DNA from: Bacteroidota bacterium
Lineage (GTDB): Bacteria > Bacteroidota > Bacteroidia > Bacteroidales > UBA12077
DNA: 64,000 nt
Direction: 5' to 3'
Assembly: GCA_034189025.1 (NCBI GenBank)
Contig: JAXHVS010000055.1
Coordinates: forward strand, 18,278 to 82,277
The translations under genes and the position numbers were made by a program. Every line of letters starts with the position of its first letter. Within the stretch, counting starts at the first letter, position 1. This document shows, in pieces, positions 37,937 to 48,009 of this stretch. The notes beneath the pieces are model-generated. The model did not search any database, was not told the DNA's origin, and saw nothing but the letters and a program-made list of their open reading frames with translations.

Positions 37937-40567
37937 ATGAGTACTGAGAATAAAGATAACCTTGAACAATCTGAAAATAAAGAATTAGCAAAAGACACTA
38001 ATACAGAAGGAAAAGAAAAATCAGGAGATGAATTGCATAAAATTATGCAGTTGTCGGGAATGTATAAAGAATGGTTTCTTGATTATGCATCGTATGTAAT
38101 TTTAGAACGTGCTGTTCCTCATTTGCATGATGGATTAAAACCTGTTCAGCGCAGGATATTACATGCGATGAAAAAGCTTGATGACGGACGATACAATAAA
38201 GTAGCTAACATTATTGGTTATACCATGCAGTATCATCCTCATGGAGATGCTTCCATTGGGGATGCTTTAGTTCAATTAGGGCAAAAAGATATCCTTATTG
38301 ACACACAGGGTAACTGGGGAAACACCCTTACCGGCGATAGTGCAGCCGCTCCCAGATATATTGAAGCCCGGTTAACAAAATTCGCCCTGGATGTAGTTTT
38401 TAATCCTAAAACTACCGAATGGAAAAGATCATACGATGGGCGGAATGAAGAACCTGTTACTTTACCCATTAAGTTCCCGTTACTGTTGGCCCAGGGTGTA
38501 GAAGGTATTGCCGTTGGACTGGCCTCTAAAATTTTACCCCATAATTTTAATGAGTTAATCGATGCTTCGATTGCTTATCTCAAGGGAAAAGATTTTGAAT
38601 TGTTTCCCGATTTTCCAACTGGTGGAATAGCCGATTTTAGTAAATACAATGATGGATTACGGGGAGGTTCAATTAAAATCAGGGCTAAAATTGAGAAAGA
38701 AGACAAAAAAACATTAAAAATAACCGAACTTCCATTTGGAAAAACTACTCAAAGTTTAATCGATTCTATTCTTAAAGCCAACGAAAAAGGAAAAATTAAA
38801 ATACGTAAAATCGACGATAATACAGCCGAGCATGTAGAGATTTTAGTACATCTTCCGGGAGGAACATCACCAGATCAAACAATTGATGCATTGTACGCTT
38901 TTACCGATTGTGAAGTATCTATCTCTCCCAATGCATGTGTGATCAAAGATGCCAAACCATTATTTGTTGGGGTAACCGAAATGCTTAAAATCTCGACCGA
39001 TAGTACTGTTCAATTATTAAAGCGCGAGCTGGATATAAAAATGGCTGAGCTTAAGGAATCATGGCACATGTCGTCGCTCGAGAAAATATTTATCGAAAAT
39101 CGAATTTATCATGATATTGAGGAAAGTGAAACATGGGAGAATGTTATCGAAATGATTGATAAAGGATTGGAGCCTTTTAAAAAAATGTTGCTTCGAGAAG
39201 TTACTCACGATGATATCATTAAACTTACTGAAATTAAGATTAAACGTATTTCAAAATATGATTCTAAAAAATCCGATGAAATAATCAAAGGCATTGAGGA
39301 TGAAATGAAAGAAGTGCAGAATCATTTAGATAATATTATTGATTTTGCCATTAATTATTTTAAACAAATACGGAAAAAACATGGCGACGGGCGAGATCGA
39401 AAAACCGAAATACGAAATTTAGAATCAATAGAAGCTACCCAAGTGGTTGTTGCCAATCAAAAACTTTATGCCGATAGGCAAGAGGGCTTTATAGGAACAT
39501 CGTTGCGAAAAGATGAATATGTGTGCGATTGTTCTGATATTGATGAAATAATTGTTTTCCTCCGTGATGGAAGATATCTTATTACCAAAGTATCGGAAAA
39601 AACTTTTGTTGGGAAAGATATTATTCATATAGCTGTTTTTAAACGAAACGATACACGTACCATTTATAATGTAATTTATCGCGATGGGTTAAATGGTAAT
39701 ATCATGGTAAAACGATGTGCTATTAAAGGTATTACCCGCGATAAAGAGTATGATATTACCAAAGGGACAAAAGGCTCGAAAATATTATATATGACAGCCA
39801 ACCCAAACGGCGAAGCCGAGATTGTAAAAGTTTATCTGCGTCCAAGGCCAAGATTAAAAAAACCGGTTTTCGAATTTGATTTTAGCGAACTGGCCATTAA
39901 AGGCCGCCAATCGATGGGAAATATTCTTACCAAATATGCCGTGCATAAAATTGTTCTTAAAGATGAAGGAGTATCAACGCTTGGTGGCAGAAAAATTTGG
40001 TTTGAAGAAGAGGTGCTTCGTCTTAACGATGATGGCCGAGGAAAATATTTGGGTGAATTCCATAGCGATGATAAAATTTTGGTTATTACAAAATCAGGCA
40101 AATATAGATTGACGTCCTATGATTTAATGAATCATTTCGAGGACGATGTATTATTTGTAGAAAAATTTAGGCCTGAGAAAATCTTTTCGGCCGTTTATTA
40201 TGATGCTGACCTTGAATATTATTATGTTAAACGTTTTACAATAGAACCAACAGATAAGCTCACAAGCTTTATTGGAGACAATGAAGAGTCGCACTTAATA
40301 AAAATTACTGAAGTGGAATATCCCAGACTCGAGGTGTCTTTTGGCGGTAAACACAAAAATCGTGATAGTGAGATAATTGAAATAGCTGATTTTATTGGTG
40401 TAAAAAGCTATAAAGCACGAGGTAAACGGTTGTCGAATTACGAAGTTAAAGTTGTTAAAGAACTTGAGCCTTTAATTAAAAAAGAAGAAGTAAAATCGAA
40501 AGAATCTACTGATGATGATCAAGATGATACATCACAAATGAGTTTGTTTCAAAATGGTAAAGATTAA
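37937..40567 (+). CDS. parC: DNA topoisomerase IV subunit A
   Basis: 876 aa. DGLKPVQRRILHAM is ParC-type rather than the GyrA-type PVHRRV. It also has AAPRYIEARL and an acidic C-terminal tail. Confidence 0.9.
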   Translation: MSTENKDNLEQSENKELAKDTNTEGKEKSGDELHKIMQLSGMYKEWFLDYASYVILERAVPHLHDGLKPVQRRILHAMKKLDDGRYNKVANIIGYTMQYHPHGDASIGDALVQLGQKDILIDTQGNWGNTLTGDSAAAPRYIEARLTKFALDVVFNPKTTEWKRSYDGRNEEPVTLPIKFPLLLAQGVEGIAVGLASKILPHNFNELIDASIAYLKGKDFELFPDFPTGGIADFSKYNDGLRGGSIKIRAKIEKEDKKTLKITELPFGKTTQSLIDSILKANEKGKIKIRKIDDNTAEHVEILVHLPGGTSPDQTIDALYAFTDCEVSISPNACVIKDAKPLFVGVTEMLKISTDSTVQLLKRELDIKMAELKESWHMSSLEKIFIENRIYHDIEESETWENVIEMIDKGLEPFKKMLLREVTHDDIIKLTEIKIKRISKYDSKKSDEIIKGIEDEMKEVQNHLDNIIDFAINYFKQIRKKHGDGRDRKTEIRNLESIEATQVVVANQKLYADRQEGFIGTSLRKDEYVCDCSDIDEIIVFLRDGRYLITKVSEKTFVGKDIIHIAVFKRNDTRTIYNVIYRDGLNGNIMVKRCAIKGITRDKEYDITKGTKGSKILYMTANPNGEAEIVKVYLRPRPRLKKPVFEFDFSELAIKGRQSMGNILTKYAVHKIVLKDEGVSTLGGRKIWFEEEVLRLNDDGRGKYLGEFHSDDKILVITKSGKYRLTSYDLMNHFEDDVLFVEKFRPEKIFSAVYYDADLEYYYVKRFTIEPTDKLTSFIGDNEESHLIKITEVEYPRLEVSFGGKHKNRDSEIIEIADFIGVKSYKARGKRLSNYEVKVVKELEPLIKKEEVKSKESTDDDQDDTSQMSLFQNGKD

Positions 40568-40608
40568 CCAGATTTTTTTTAATTTTATGATTTAACCCAA
40601 AAAAATCG

Positions 40609-41130
40609 ATGATGAGAATTTTCTTAATTGGATTTATGGCTAGCGGGAAATCAACCAATGGGAAAAAATTAGCCAATAAATTGAATTTACCTTTTGTTGA
40701 CCTCGATACTTATATTGAAGAAAAATTTAATACAACCATACGATTCTTAATGTATGAGAAAGGACAAGAAGAATTCAGAGTTATTGAGAAAGAAGCATTG
40801 TCTGAAGTAATAGAAAAGTATAAAGATGCTATAATTTCTACAGGTGGGGGCACCCCTTGCTTCTTTGATAATATGGAAAGAATGCGTACAAATGGGATCA
40901 CAATTTACCTGGAAATGGATGTTCCTACGCTGGTTAACCGACTGCTATATGCTAAAAAAGACCGGCCTTTAATTTGGGGTAAATCAAAAGAAGATTTAAC
41001 GATATATGCTACAGAGTTAATGAATAAAAGAAAATTTGACTATGAACAGGCAGATTTCAAGGTTGATGGCAAAAATTTAAACGTTAAAACATTGGTTGAT
41101 TTAATACAGAAGGAAGTTTTTTCTGGCTAA
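40609..41130 (+). CDS. aroK: shikimate kinase
   Basis: 173 aa with P-loop GFMASGKST and STGGG block. Confidence 0.92.
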   Translation: MMRIFLIGFMASGKSTNGKKLANKLNLPFVDLDTYIEEKFNTTIRFLMYEKGQEEFRVIEKEALSEVIEKYKDAIISTGGGTPCFFDNMERMRTNGITIYLEMDVPTLVNRLLYAKKDRPLIWGKSKEDLTIYATELMNKRKFDYEQADFKVDGKNLNVKTLVDLIQKEVFSG

Positions 41131-43076
41131 ATTTTAAAACCTAACACTAATACATCATCTACCTGAGGTTGATCTCCTTTCCAGTTAATGAAACTTTCGT
41201 ATAAAATTTGTTTTTGTTCCTGAATATTTTTGTCGTGGATTTCTAATAACAGTTCGCGTAGGTTTCCAATGCGGAATTTTTTACGCAAGGGGCCACCAAA
41301 CTGATCGGCATATCCATCTGTAAACATGTAAAATAAATCGCCAGGTAGAATATCAATTTTATGATTTGTAAAAGGTTTCATAGCTTTTGCCGAAATACCA
41401 ACAGGCATGCGGTCTGCTTTAATAATTTCTAACATATGGTCCCGAATAAAATATAAATGGTTATAAGCCCCGGCATATTCGAGTTTCATGTTTTCGTGAT
41501 CGATAATTACCAGTGAAATGTCCATTCCGTCCCTTGCTTCTTCCAAACGATTAGAGTGCACCAAGGTTTTTACTACTTTTTTACGTAATCGGTTTAAAAT
41601 TTCTGCCGGATTTTGTTCGTGTTCATCAAAAACAATTTCATTTAAAAAATTTATCCCGATTATACTCATAAAAGCTCCGGGGACACCATGGCCTGTACAG
41701 TCGGCTGAAACTATAATCGATTTCCCATTAAATTCTGCAACCCAATAAAAATCACCACTTACAATGTCTTTGGGTTTAAACAAACAAAAACCATCGCGTA
41801 AAATTTTTTGTAAAGTAAGTTTATCCGGGAAAAGTGCAACTTGAATATGCTTTGCATATTCAATACTATCTGTAATATCTTTTTTTTGTCTTAAAATAAA
41901 ATCGGTTTGCTTGTCTGCAAATTCTTTTTGTCGTTGAATCTCGTCGCGTTGAGCTTCAATCTCATCTCTCTGAGTTTCAATTTCTTCGTTTTGCTTTTGC
42001 ATTTCTGAATTTTGCAATCGTAGAATTTGATTATTGCGTTTTCTTTTGGTAATTATTTTGAGCAATATTAATGCCTGTAAAATAACAATACCAATGGCTA
42101 TTAAAAGTATTGTATTAATTATTGATTTTTGTTTTTTTTGCTTATTAAGTAATTCAATTTCCTTTTGTTTCTTCTCAGTTTCGTACTTTATCTCTAACTC
42201 TGCAATTTCAGATTGTATTTTTTCATTGATTCTTTTATTTTTTAATGTATAAAATTTTTCAAAATAAGCCAGTGCTTCTTCTGGCTGGTTAATTTCGCGA
42301 TAAATTTTATACATTAACTCATATAACATTTCTAGGGTAACATTATAACCCCGTGATTTGCAAATTAGTATTGCTTTTTTGCTGTAATTTAATGCCTGAT
42401 TGTATTGTTCTAATTTATAATAAATTCCACCTAAGTTTAAATATGAGGTTGATATCCCTTCAGGATTATTTATTTTTTTTTCAATTTCAAGCGATTTCTG
42501 ATAGTAATTAAGAGCTTTTGAAAATAAGTTTAAATATTCATTTAATACTCCCAGATTATTGTAAACTCTATTTAAACCAAGAGTATCGTTAAACTCCTCA
42601 TAGATATCCATGGCCTTAGTATAATAATCTTTCGCATGAGGATAATTTTCCATTGCACGAGATACAATTCCCAAACTATTGTATGCTTGTGCTATTTTTA
42701 ATTTGTTACCCAGTTTTTGGTGGTTTTCAAGATAATTTGTAAAATATTTATGGGCAGTTTGTAAATTATCTTGATAAAAATGTGCTTCGCCTAATATTAA
42801 GTAACAATAATTGATTATGCCTATACTATCATGTTTTTCGCCTAAATGTAAAAATTCATTGGCTAGAGGAATTGCTTTTTCTGGTGCATTTGTAATATAA
42901 TATTCAGATAGTGCATAATAGTAAGGTATTTTTGATGTATCGACAGTAATATTTCTTAGAATGGTTTCCAGTGAATCTGCATAATTGGATTTCTTTTGTG
43001 CAAAGCATCTATAATCAACCGTTTGCAAGAATAGTATGACACAAGTAATGAAAATAAAAGGTAATTTTTTTTTCAT
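41127..43076 (-). CDS. TPR-sensor / TM / coiled-coil / SpoIIE(PP2C)-family protein phosphatase
   Basis: 649 aa with a signal peptide, about 280 aa of TPR repeats, one TM helix, a coiled coil (EIETQRDEIEAQRDEIQRQ) and a C-terminal PP2C/SpoIIE domain (SGDFYW, DCTGHGVPGA, DGYADQ). Confidence 0.88.
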   Translation of the reverse strand: MKKKLPFIFITCVILFLQTVDYRCFAQKKSNYADSLETILRNITVDTSKIPYYYALSEYYITNAPEKAIPLANEFLHLGEKHDSIGIINYCYLILGEAHFYQDNLQTAHKYFTNYLENHQKLGNKLKIAQAYNSLGIVSRAMENYPHAKDYYTKAMDIYEEFNDTLGLNRVYNNLGVLNEYLNLFSKALNYYQKSLEIEKKINNPEGISTSYLNLGGIYYKLEQYNQALNYSKKAILICKSRGYNVTLEMLYELMYKIYREINQPEEALAYFEKFYTLKNKRINEKIQSEIAELEIKYETEKKQKEIELLNKQKKQKSIINTILLIAIGIVILQALILLKIITKRKRNNQILRLQNSEMQKQNEEIETQRDEIEAQRDEIQRQKEFADKQTDFILRQKKDITDSIEYAKHIQVALFPDKLTLQKILRDGFCLFKPKDIVSGDFYWVAEFNGKSIIVSADCTGHGVPGAFMSIIGINFLNEIVFDEHEQNPAEILNRLRKKVVKTLVHSNRLEEARDGMDISLVIIDHENMKLEYAGAYNHLYFIRDHMLEIIKADRMPVGISAKAMKPFTNHKIDILPGDLFYMFTDGYADQFGGPLRKKFRIGNLRELLLEIHDKNIQEQKQILYESFINWKGDQPQVDDVLVLGFKI

Positions 43077-43269
43077 ATCAGCAACAAAAGGGTTGATACA
43101 TTATATTATTTACGGATAAGTTTTGCAAAGGATACAATTTTAACCGTAATTTCCCTTTTGGAAAGATAAGTTTGATGATTGAGTAAAAAACCTTGACGAA
43201 TAGTTTCTCCCAGTCAATGAAATAGGAAAGGTATTTATTTTTTAGTACTTAAAAGAATATGAACTATCG

Positions 43270-45090
43270 CTAGGCAAATGATTGCAAATCGTGTAATTTT
43301 TTATATACGCCTTTTAACTCAATTAATTCATCGTGTTTGCCACGCTCAACAATTTTACCCTCTTGTAATACGCATATTTCATCCGCATTCCGTACCGTTG
43401 AAAGTCTGTGGGCAATTACAATTGAAGTACGGTTTTCCATTAATTTAAATAGGGCATCCTGTACTAGTTTTTCAGATTCGGTGTCCAGCGACGAGGTTGC
43501 TTCATCAAGAATCATAATCGGTGGATTTTTTAGTACAGCACGGGCAATGCTAATGCGCTGCCGTTGGCCACCGGAAAGTTTGCTACCACGATCGCCAATG
43601 TTGGTTTGGTAGCCGTGTTCGGTTTGTAAAATAAATTCATGTGCATTGGCTACTTTTGCCGCAGCAATAATTTCCTCTTCCGAAGCGGTTTCCATTCCAA
43701 AAGCAATATTATTGTAGATTGTATCGTTAAATAAAATCGATTCCTGGCTAACAATACCCATTAAATTGCGTAAATCGAGAATTTTTAAATCCTGAATGTT
43801 AATTCCGTCAATTTTTATTTCTCCCTCAACAATATCGTAAAAGCGGGGCAAAAGATCAACTAATGTTGATTTTCCCGAACCCGACTGGCCTACTAATGCA
43901 ACCGTTTGTCCTTTATTTATGGTTAGGTTAATATCTTTCAGTACATAATCTTCAATGTATTTAAAACTAACATCTTTGTATTCGATACAATCCTGGAAGT
44001 CTTTTTTAGATTTAGCATTTGGTTTTTCAGTAATTTTAATATTCGCATCCAGAATTGCCTCTATCCTATCAAGAGATGCCAGTCCTCGTTGTACATTATA
44101 ATATACTGTTGATAAATCCTTTGAAGGGGTAATAATCTGTGAAAAAACAACCAGATAAAAAATAAATGTTTGCGGACTCATAATCGGATCCTGATTTAAA
44201 ACCATACTCCCACCATACCACATAATGACAACAATGACAGCCGTAGCCATAAATTCACTAAAAGGCCCGGCTAAATCTTTCCTACGCCATATACGATTCA
44301 TTAATCGGGTATACGAATTATTTTCATTCATAAATCGCTCGTGAATTTTATCTTCAGTATTAAAGGCTTTAATAATTCTTAATCCAAAAAGTGTTTCTTC
44401 AATATATGATAAAATTAAACCTAATTGTGATTGCCCTTTTTCAGATTTGCGCCGCAATGATTTTCCAATGCGCCCGATAACTCCTCCTGTAATGGGTAAA
44501 AGCAGCAATACAAAAAAAGTAAGGAAAGGGCTGGTTGTAAATAAAACAATAAGATAAATAATTATCGTAATGGGTGCTTTTATCGCGTTATTTAATGAAC
44601 GTACAACAGAGGTTTCTACTTCCTGGACATCACTCGTCATTCTGGAGATGATATCACCTTTACGTTCTTCGGTAAAATAAGAAAGTTGTAATCCTAATAT
44701 TTTCTGATTTAATTTATTTCTGATGTCGCGAACTACTCCGTTGCGTAATGGAGCCATTACATAATTGCTGGCATATTGCATGGATGTTTTTAGCAGTACA
44801 AAAATAATAACCATTATACTTACTGTAAGTAAAGCAGCTCTTTCTCCCTGGGTAAGGATGATCTGGCTTAAGTAATAATTAAAATTATGCATTATGGCTT
44901 CGGAACTAAACTCCATGGCTACTGGATTTTCAATGATCGGTTGATTTTTGAAAAGGATGCCAAGGAATGGAATTACTCCGGTGAATGAAAATAAGGAGAA
45001 AACGGTGGCTAAAAGTGCAAATAAAATACTTGTCAACCCTTTTCCCCAGTAAGGAAAGATATATTCTAAAATCTTTTTATAACCTTTCAT
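43270..45090 (-). CDS. ABC exporter, fused permease and ATPase (MsbA-like)
   Basis: 606 aa with six TM helices, then Walker A GQSGSGKST, signature LSGGQRQR and Walker B ILDEATS. Confidence 0.93.
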   Translation of the reverse strand: MKGYKKILEYIFPYWGKGLTSILFALLATVFSLFSFTGVIPFLGILFKNQPIIENPVAMEFSSEAIMHNFNYYLSQIILTQGERAALLTVSIMVIIFVLLKTSMQYASNYVMAPLRNGVVRDIRNKLNQKILGLQLSYFTEERKGDIISRMTSDVQEVETSVVRSLNNAIKAPITIIIYLIVLFTTSPFLTFFVLLLLPITGGVIGRIGKSLRRKSEKGQSQLGLILSYIEETLFGLRIIKAFNTEDKIHERFMNENNSYTRLMNRIWRRKDLAGPFSEFMATAVIVVIMWYGGSMVLNQDPIMSPQTFIFYLVVFSQIITPSKDLSTVYYNVQRGLASLDRIEAILDANIKITEKPNAKSKKDFQDCIEYKDVSFKYIEDYVLKDINLTINKGQTVALVGQSGSGKSTLVDLLPRFYDIVEGEIKIDGINIQDLKILDLRNLMGIVSQESILFNDTIYNNIAFGMETASEEEIIAAAKVANAHEFILQTEHGYQTNIGDRGSKLSGGQRQRISIARAVLKNPPIMILDEATSSLDTESEKLVQDALFKLMENRTSIVIAHRLSTVRNADEICVLQEGKIVERGKHDELIELKGVYKKLHDLQSFA

Positions 45091-45125
45091 GCAATAATTG
45101 TTTTTAAATATAATTTAATAGCTGA

Positions 45126-45133
45126 CAAATGTA
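45126..45133 (-). promoter_or_regulatory. candidate -7 promoter box (TACATTTG) for the ABC exporter
   Basis: Matches TAnnTTTG on the minus strand, 36 nt upstream of the ATG at 45090. Confidence 0.4.
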
Positions 45134-45222
45134 AAGAAATTATTTTGTAATGTTGATGATTAAAAAAAAGCTTATGATTTAAAATTAATTTTTATAAAAT
45201 GTAAATTCATGATTTTATCAGG

Positions 45223-46761
45223 TTAAAACTGGAAATAAATAAATGGCTGTATTTCTGCAGATTTTACCTGGAAAATAATAAAAATTACAATAAGTGTTAT
45301 CAATATTTTTATAGCTATGTGGCTTTTAATAAACCAACCGCGATAGCTCTCTTTGAACGATGAGGGCAACCAGTGTAAGAATAATCCCAGAAGGATGATC
45401 GCATATATTTTATAATAAGAAGTTACCATAATGGGAACCAGCGCTCCCTGGAAGTTTGTAATTATTTGCCTAATAATAGTCATGGCATCTTCCATATTTT
45501 GAGCTCTGAAAAATATCCAGGCAAAGGTTACAAGGTGGAAGGTGGTAAACACTGAGATAAAGCGATATAAAAGATTTTTGCTGGATTTAGTTTGATAGTA
45601 TTTACTTAGCGAAAGGTTCATTTTCATCCATAACTTATGAATAACCAATCCTAGCCCGTGCAAACCTCCCCAAATAATAAACCGCATGTTGGCTCCATGC
45701 CATAAACCACCAAGAAGCATGGTAATCATTATATTTATATAGGTTCTAACTTTTCCTTTACGGTTTCCTCCAAGCGGAATATATAAATAATCTCGCAACC
45801 ACGATGATAGAGATATATGCCATCGGTGCCAGAAATCGGTAATGTTTAATGCTTTATAGGGGGAATTGAAATTTACTGGCAACCGGAAACCTAATAATAA
45901 TGCTACTCCAATTGCTATGTCGGTGTATCCTGAGAAATCACAATAAATTTGAATAGAGTATCCATATACAGCCATTAAATTTTCGAATCCGGTAAACGAT
46001 CCTGGCGAATCAAAAACCCTGTCGACATAATTAATAGAAATGTAATCGGATATTAACATTTTTTTGAGTAATCCGCTTAGGATTAAAAAAATAGCATGGC
46101 CAAACTCTTGTTTTGTTAGTTTAAATTTTTGGTAAAGTTGAGGAATAAATTCTGCCGCACGAACAATAGGGCCCGCAACTAATTGCGGAAAGAAAGAGAC
46201 ATAAAATCCAAAATCAATAATATTTTTTACAGGCTTAACTTTTCTCCGATATACATCAACAGTATAGCTTATTGTTTGGAAGGTGTAAAATGAAATTCCC
46301 ACCGGTAATATTATAGATGAAATATTAAACGATGTGCCTGCTACTCTATTTGTCCATAATGCAAGATAATTAACAACCTGAAAATTGGTGTTGAAAATGG
46401 AATTGAGAATATCTGTAAAAAAATAAGTGTATTTAAAATACCCTAATACAAGTAAATTAATAAATATACTTGCCGATAAAAATAATTTTTTTCTGAGTCC
46501 GTTTTTTGCTTGATAAATTAGCTGTCCAAGGGTAAAATCAGCAATGGTAGAGAAAATAAGTAAGGTGAAGAAATATCCTCCGGATTTATAATAGAAGAAA
46601 AGGCTCATTACAAATAAATAAGCATTTCTGAGCACATTTTTTTTGTACAAAAAAGAATAAAATAGCAGTAATACACCAAAAAAAACCCAGAAGTATAATC
46701 GAGTAAACAAAAGAGGTTTCGATTCTGAATAGATGAATATGTCTTTTAATAACTCGGTCAA
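45223..46761 (-). CDS. MBOAT-family membrane O-acyltransferase (AlgI/PatA/DltB-like)
   Basis: 512-aa polytopic protein with FWHRWHISLSSWLRDYLYIPLGGNR and the invariant-His block GGLWHGAN. Confidence 0.92.
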   Translation of the reverse strand: MTELLKDIFIYSESKPLLFTRLYFWVFFGVLLLFYSFLYKKNVLRNAYLFVMSLFFYYKSGGYFFTLLIFSTIADFTLGQLIYQAKNGLRKKLFLSASIFINLLVLGYFKYTYFFTDILNSIFNTNFQVVNYLALWTNRVAGTSFNISSIILPVGISFYTFQTISYTVDVYRRKVKPVKNIIDFGFYVSFFPQLVAGPIVRAAEFIPQLYQKFKLTKQEFGHAIFLILSGLLKKMLISDYISINYVDRVFDSPGSFTGFENLMAVYGYSIQIYCDFSGYTDIAIGVALLLGFRLPVNFNSPYKALNITDFWHRWHISLSSWLRDYLYIPLGGNRKGKVRTYINIMITMLLGGLWHGANMRFIIWGGLHGLGLVIHKLWMKMNLSLSKYYQTKSSKNLLYRFISVFTTFHLVTFAWIFFRAQNMEDAMTIIRQIITNFQGALVPIMVTSYYKIYAIILLGLFLHWLPSSFKESYRGWFIKSHIAIKILITLIVIFIIFQVKSAEIQPFIYFQF

Positions 46762-46767
46762 AATTTT

Positions 46768-48009
46768 TTAATTTCTATGGTCAAAAAACTTTATAAAAGC
46801 GTTCACAAATAATTCTCCCTGCAATTGGTAACCTGCTCTTTTAAAATGTATTTTATCATTAGCGGTAAAATCGTAGTTATGCCATTTTAATACAGCATTT
46901 TTACCGCCCATAATTGAATAAAAATCCCAAAGTCCTGTATGTAACTCATCCTTAATTTGAAACAGGGTTTCTCTATACATCATAATGTTTTTATTTGAAA
47001 TATCATTTTTAATATGATCGCCAGGAACTGCCAAAATTATTGATGAATTAGGTGCTGAAACACGTATTTGGTTGATAAAATCTTTAAGAATGAGTTTATT
47101 TTCCAACGATGAAAAATTTTCATTAAATGTTTCGTTTGTACCCAACGAAATAATGGTCAAATCGGGATTTATTTCTTCAACTTGAGAGGGCAGCAATTCA
47201 CATTTAAGGTACGATTGTGCGGTAGCTCCATTTACACCAATGGTGTGATACCCTATTTTGTTTTGGTCATGTTCTAAAATTAGCCCATAAAGTTCAAAAG
47301 CATGCGCTGTGTCGGGATTAAAAATTTCGATATGTATTGAATCTGTTGCTTTTGCTAGATGGAATGTTGAATAATTATCTTTCATTTGTGTATAAAACCC
47401 ATTAATTTTTAGTGTAATTCCTGGTTTTATGGAGTGCAATATTTTTACTTTATTAAAATAATATTTTACCGGGAAATCATAGGTATTATTTAACATTTTT
47501 ACCGAAAAAGAAGCTGTTGAATCATGGGTAGCAACAGTAATGCCCGATAATCCCAATTTGTAACTTAAGGTGTCGTTGGTGTTTTTATTCATCTCCCAGT
47601 TTCCGGTATAATCTACCTTGTAATAATAAGGATTATTAGTGTTTGCCAAGGTGTAAGGAAATATAAATCCCGGCTCGGCGATTGTGTCTTTCGGTAAGTA
47701 GTGTTGAAACAGGTTCTGCCTGATTTTTTCGGTTAAAAAAGCTGCCTGTAGGTGAGAGTCGCCAATATGAAGGATGTTTATTTTTTTTGAGCCCTGAAGA
47801 TTTATATTTTGTAGTTTTTCTTTAAATTTTTCGATTTGCTGGTTATCACCTGAGAAATGCACAATATTTTTATCCTGCCGGATAAATTTTAGTGTATCAT
47901 ATATATTCTGAGAATATCCTGAAAAAGCTAATAAGAGTGCCAATAGTATATATTTAATTTTCTTCAAAATTATCTGATTTTTTGTTATGGATATATTCGA
48001 AATAATCAT
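46768..48009 (-). CDS. SGNH/GDSL-family hydrolase or acetyltransferase (secreted)
   Basis: SGNH blocks are present: I HIGDSH, III LGTNE, V DKIHF. The signal peptide KKIKYILLALLLAFSGYSQ suggests the real start may be the TTG at 47966. Confidence 0.85.
   Translation of the reverse strand: MIISNISITKNQIILKKIKYILLALLLAFSGYSQNIYDTLKFIRQDKNIVHFSGDNQQIEKFKEKLQNINLQGSKKINILHIGDSHLQAAFLTEKIRQNLFQHYLPKDTIAEPGFIFPYTLANTNNPYYYKVDYTGNWEMNKNTNDTLSYKLGLSGITVATHDSTASFSVKMLNNTYDFPVKYYFNKVKILHSIKPGITLKINGFYTQMKDNYSTFHLAKATDSIHIEIFNPDTAHAFELYGLILEHDQNKIGYHTIGVNGATAQSYLKCELLPSQVEEINPDLTIISLGTNETFNENFSSLENKLILKDFINQIRVSAPNSSIILAVPGDHIKNDISNKNIMMYRETLFQIKDELHTGLWDFYSIMGGKNAVLKWHNYDFTANDKIHFKRAGYQLQGELFVNAFIKFFDHRN

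Noticed and set aside
41934-41996. Three imperfect 21-nt tandem repeats at the DNA level.
   Set aside because: They encode the heptad-like coiled-coil EIETQRD/EIEAQRD/EIQRQKE within the SpoIIE-family ORF. This is a protein-level repeat, not a CRISPR array or a regulatory array.
43062-43073. An A9 homopolymer immediately after the SpoIIE-family start codon (ATG AAAAAAAAA TTA), and T9 at 58943-58951, as possible phase-variation tracts.
   Set aside because: Lys-rich N-termini and A/T runs of this length are expected by composition in such AT-rich DNA. Nothing in a single sequence indicates length variation.
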